Shown here: in pieces, positions 63,790 to 64,000 of the stretch
Position numbering within the stretch: the stretch's first letter is position 1
How the letters are laid out: every line of letters starts with the position of its first letter
Source: Octopus bimaculoides
Lineage: Eukaryota
DNA: 64,000 bases
Assembly: GCF_001194135.2 (NCBI RefSeq)
Contig: NC_068990.1
Span: 38,331,991 to 38,395,990 of the forward strand
Direction of reading: 5' to 3'
Notes under the pieces: model-generated
Told to the model about the DNA's origin: nothing
What the model saw: the letters and a program-made list of their open reading frames with translations, nothing else
Databases searched by the model: none
Position numbers and translations under genes: made by a program

Positions 63790-63980
63790 TATATATGGGA
63801 CGAGAATTCACAAAAAAAAAACAGGTGGTATAGACAACAAACAGATGTATTAGTATAACGCTCGGGAAGTGAAAATGTCTTTAACGTTTCGAGCCTACCT
63901 ACGTTCTTCCACAGAAAGGAGCACAGAAAGAAACAAGGAGAGAAAAAAAGTAGGTGTAGTGGCTAGCGATCTATCATATA
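63790..63980 (-). mobile_element. PLE-type terminal repeat with hammerhead-like motif (63879-63918)
   Basis: Minus strand cttt CTGTGGA A gaac-gtaggtag-gctc GAAA CG TT aaag: stem I and ACGU stem III intact, A6 and one stem II pair mutated. Confidence 0.6.
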
Positions 63981-64000
63981 TATGTGTGTATATATATATA

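Overview
AT-rich, repeat-dominated animal genomic DNA from a gapped draft assembly, with 15 N-gaps mostly bordered by (TA)n/(CA)n. The SINE families and microsatellite load suggest a coleoid cephalopod, probably Octopus; this is inferred from pattern recognition, not a database hit. There is no intact long CDS: nearly all ORF-track entries are microsatellite or N artefacts. Supported content: many tRNA-derived SINEs with modular heads and tails, several mariner relics (a MITE and a fold-back derivative among them), a Ty3/Gypsy gag fragment with PBS and LTR ends, CR1/L2-like and R4/Dong-like LINE relics, and two Penelope-like element (PLE) relics. Most notable is a ~540-bp palindromic element made of two divergent tRNA-like Pol III heads, each followed by a PLE-type minimal hammerhead ribozyme (22789-23329). 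A third, headless copy carries an intact GUC-site hammerhead (49791-49836), and a second, degenerate hammerhead-tail family occurs at 54.3 and 63.9 kb. Also notable: a perfect 122-bp palindrome, a pre-miRNA-like hairpin with correctly spaced Microprocessor motifs, and a 120-bp inverted repeat ending exactly at a candidate splice acceptor. A few small candidate exons hint at an unidentified + strand host gene with long introns.
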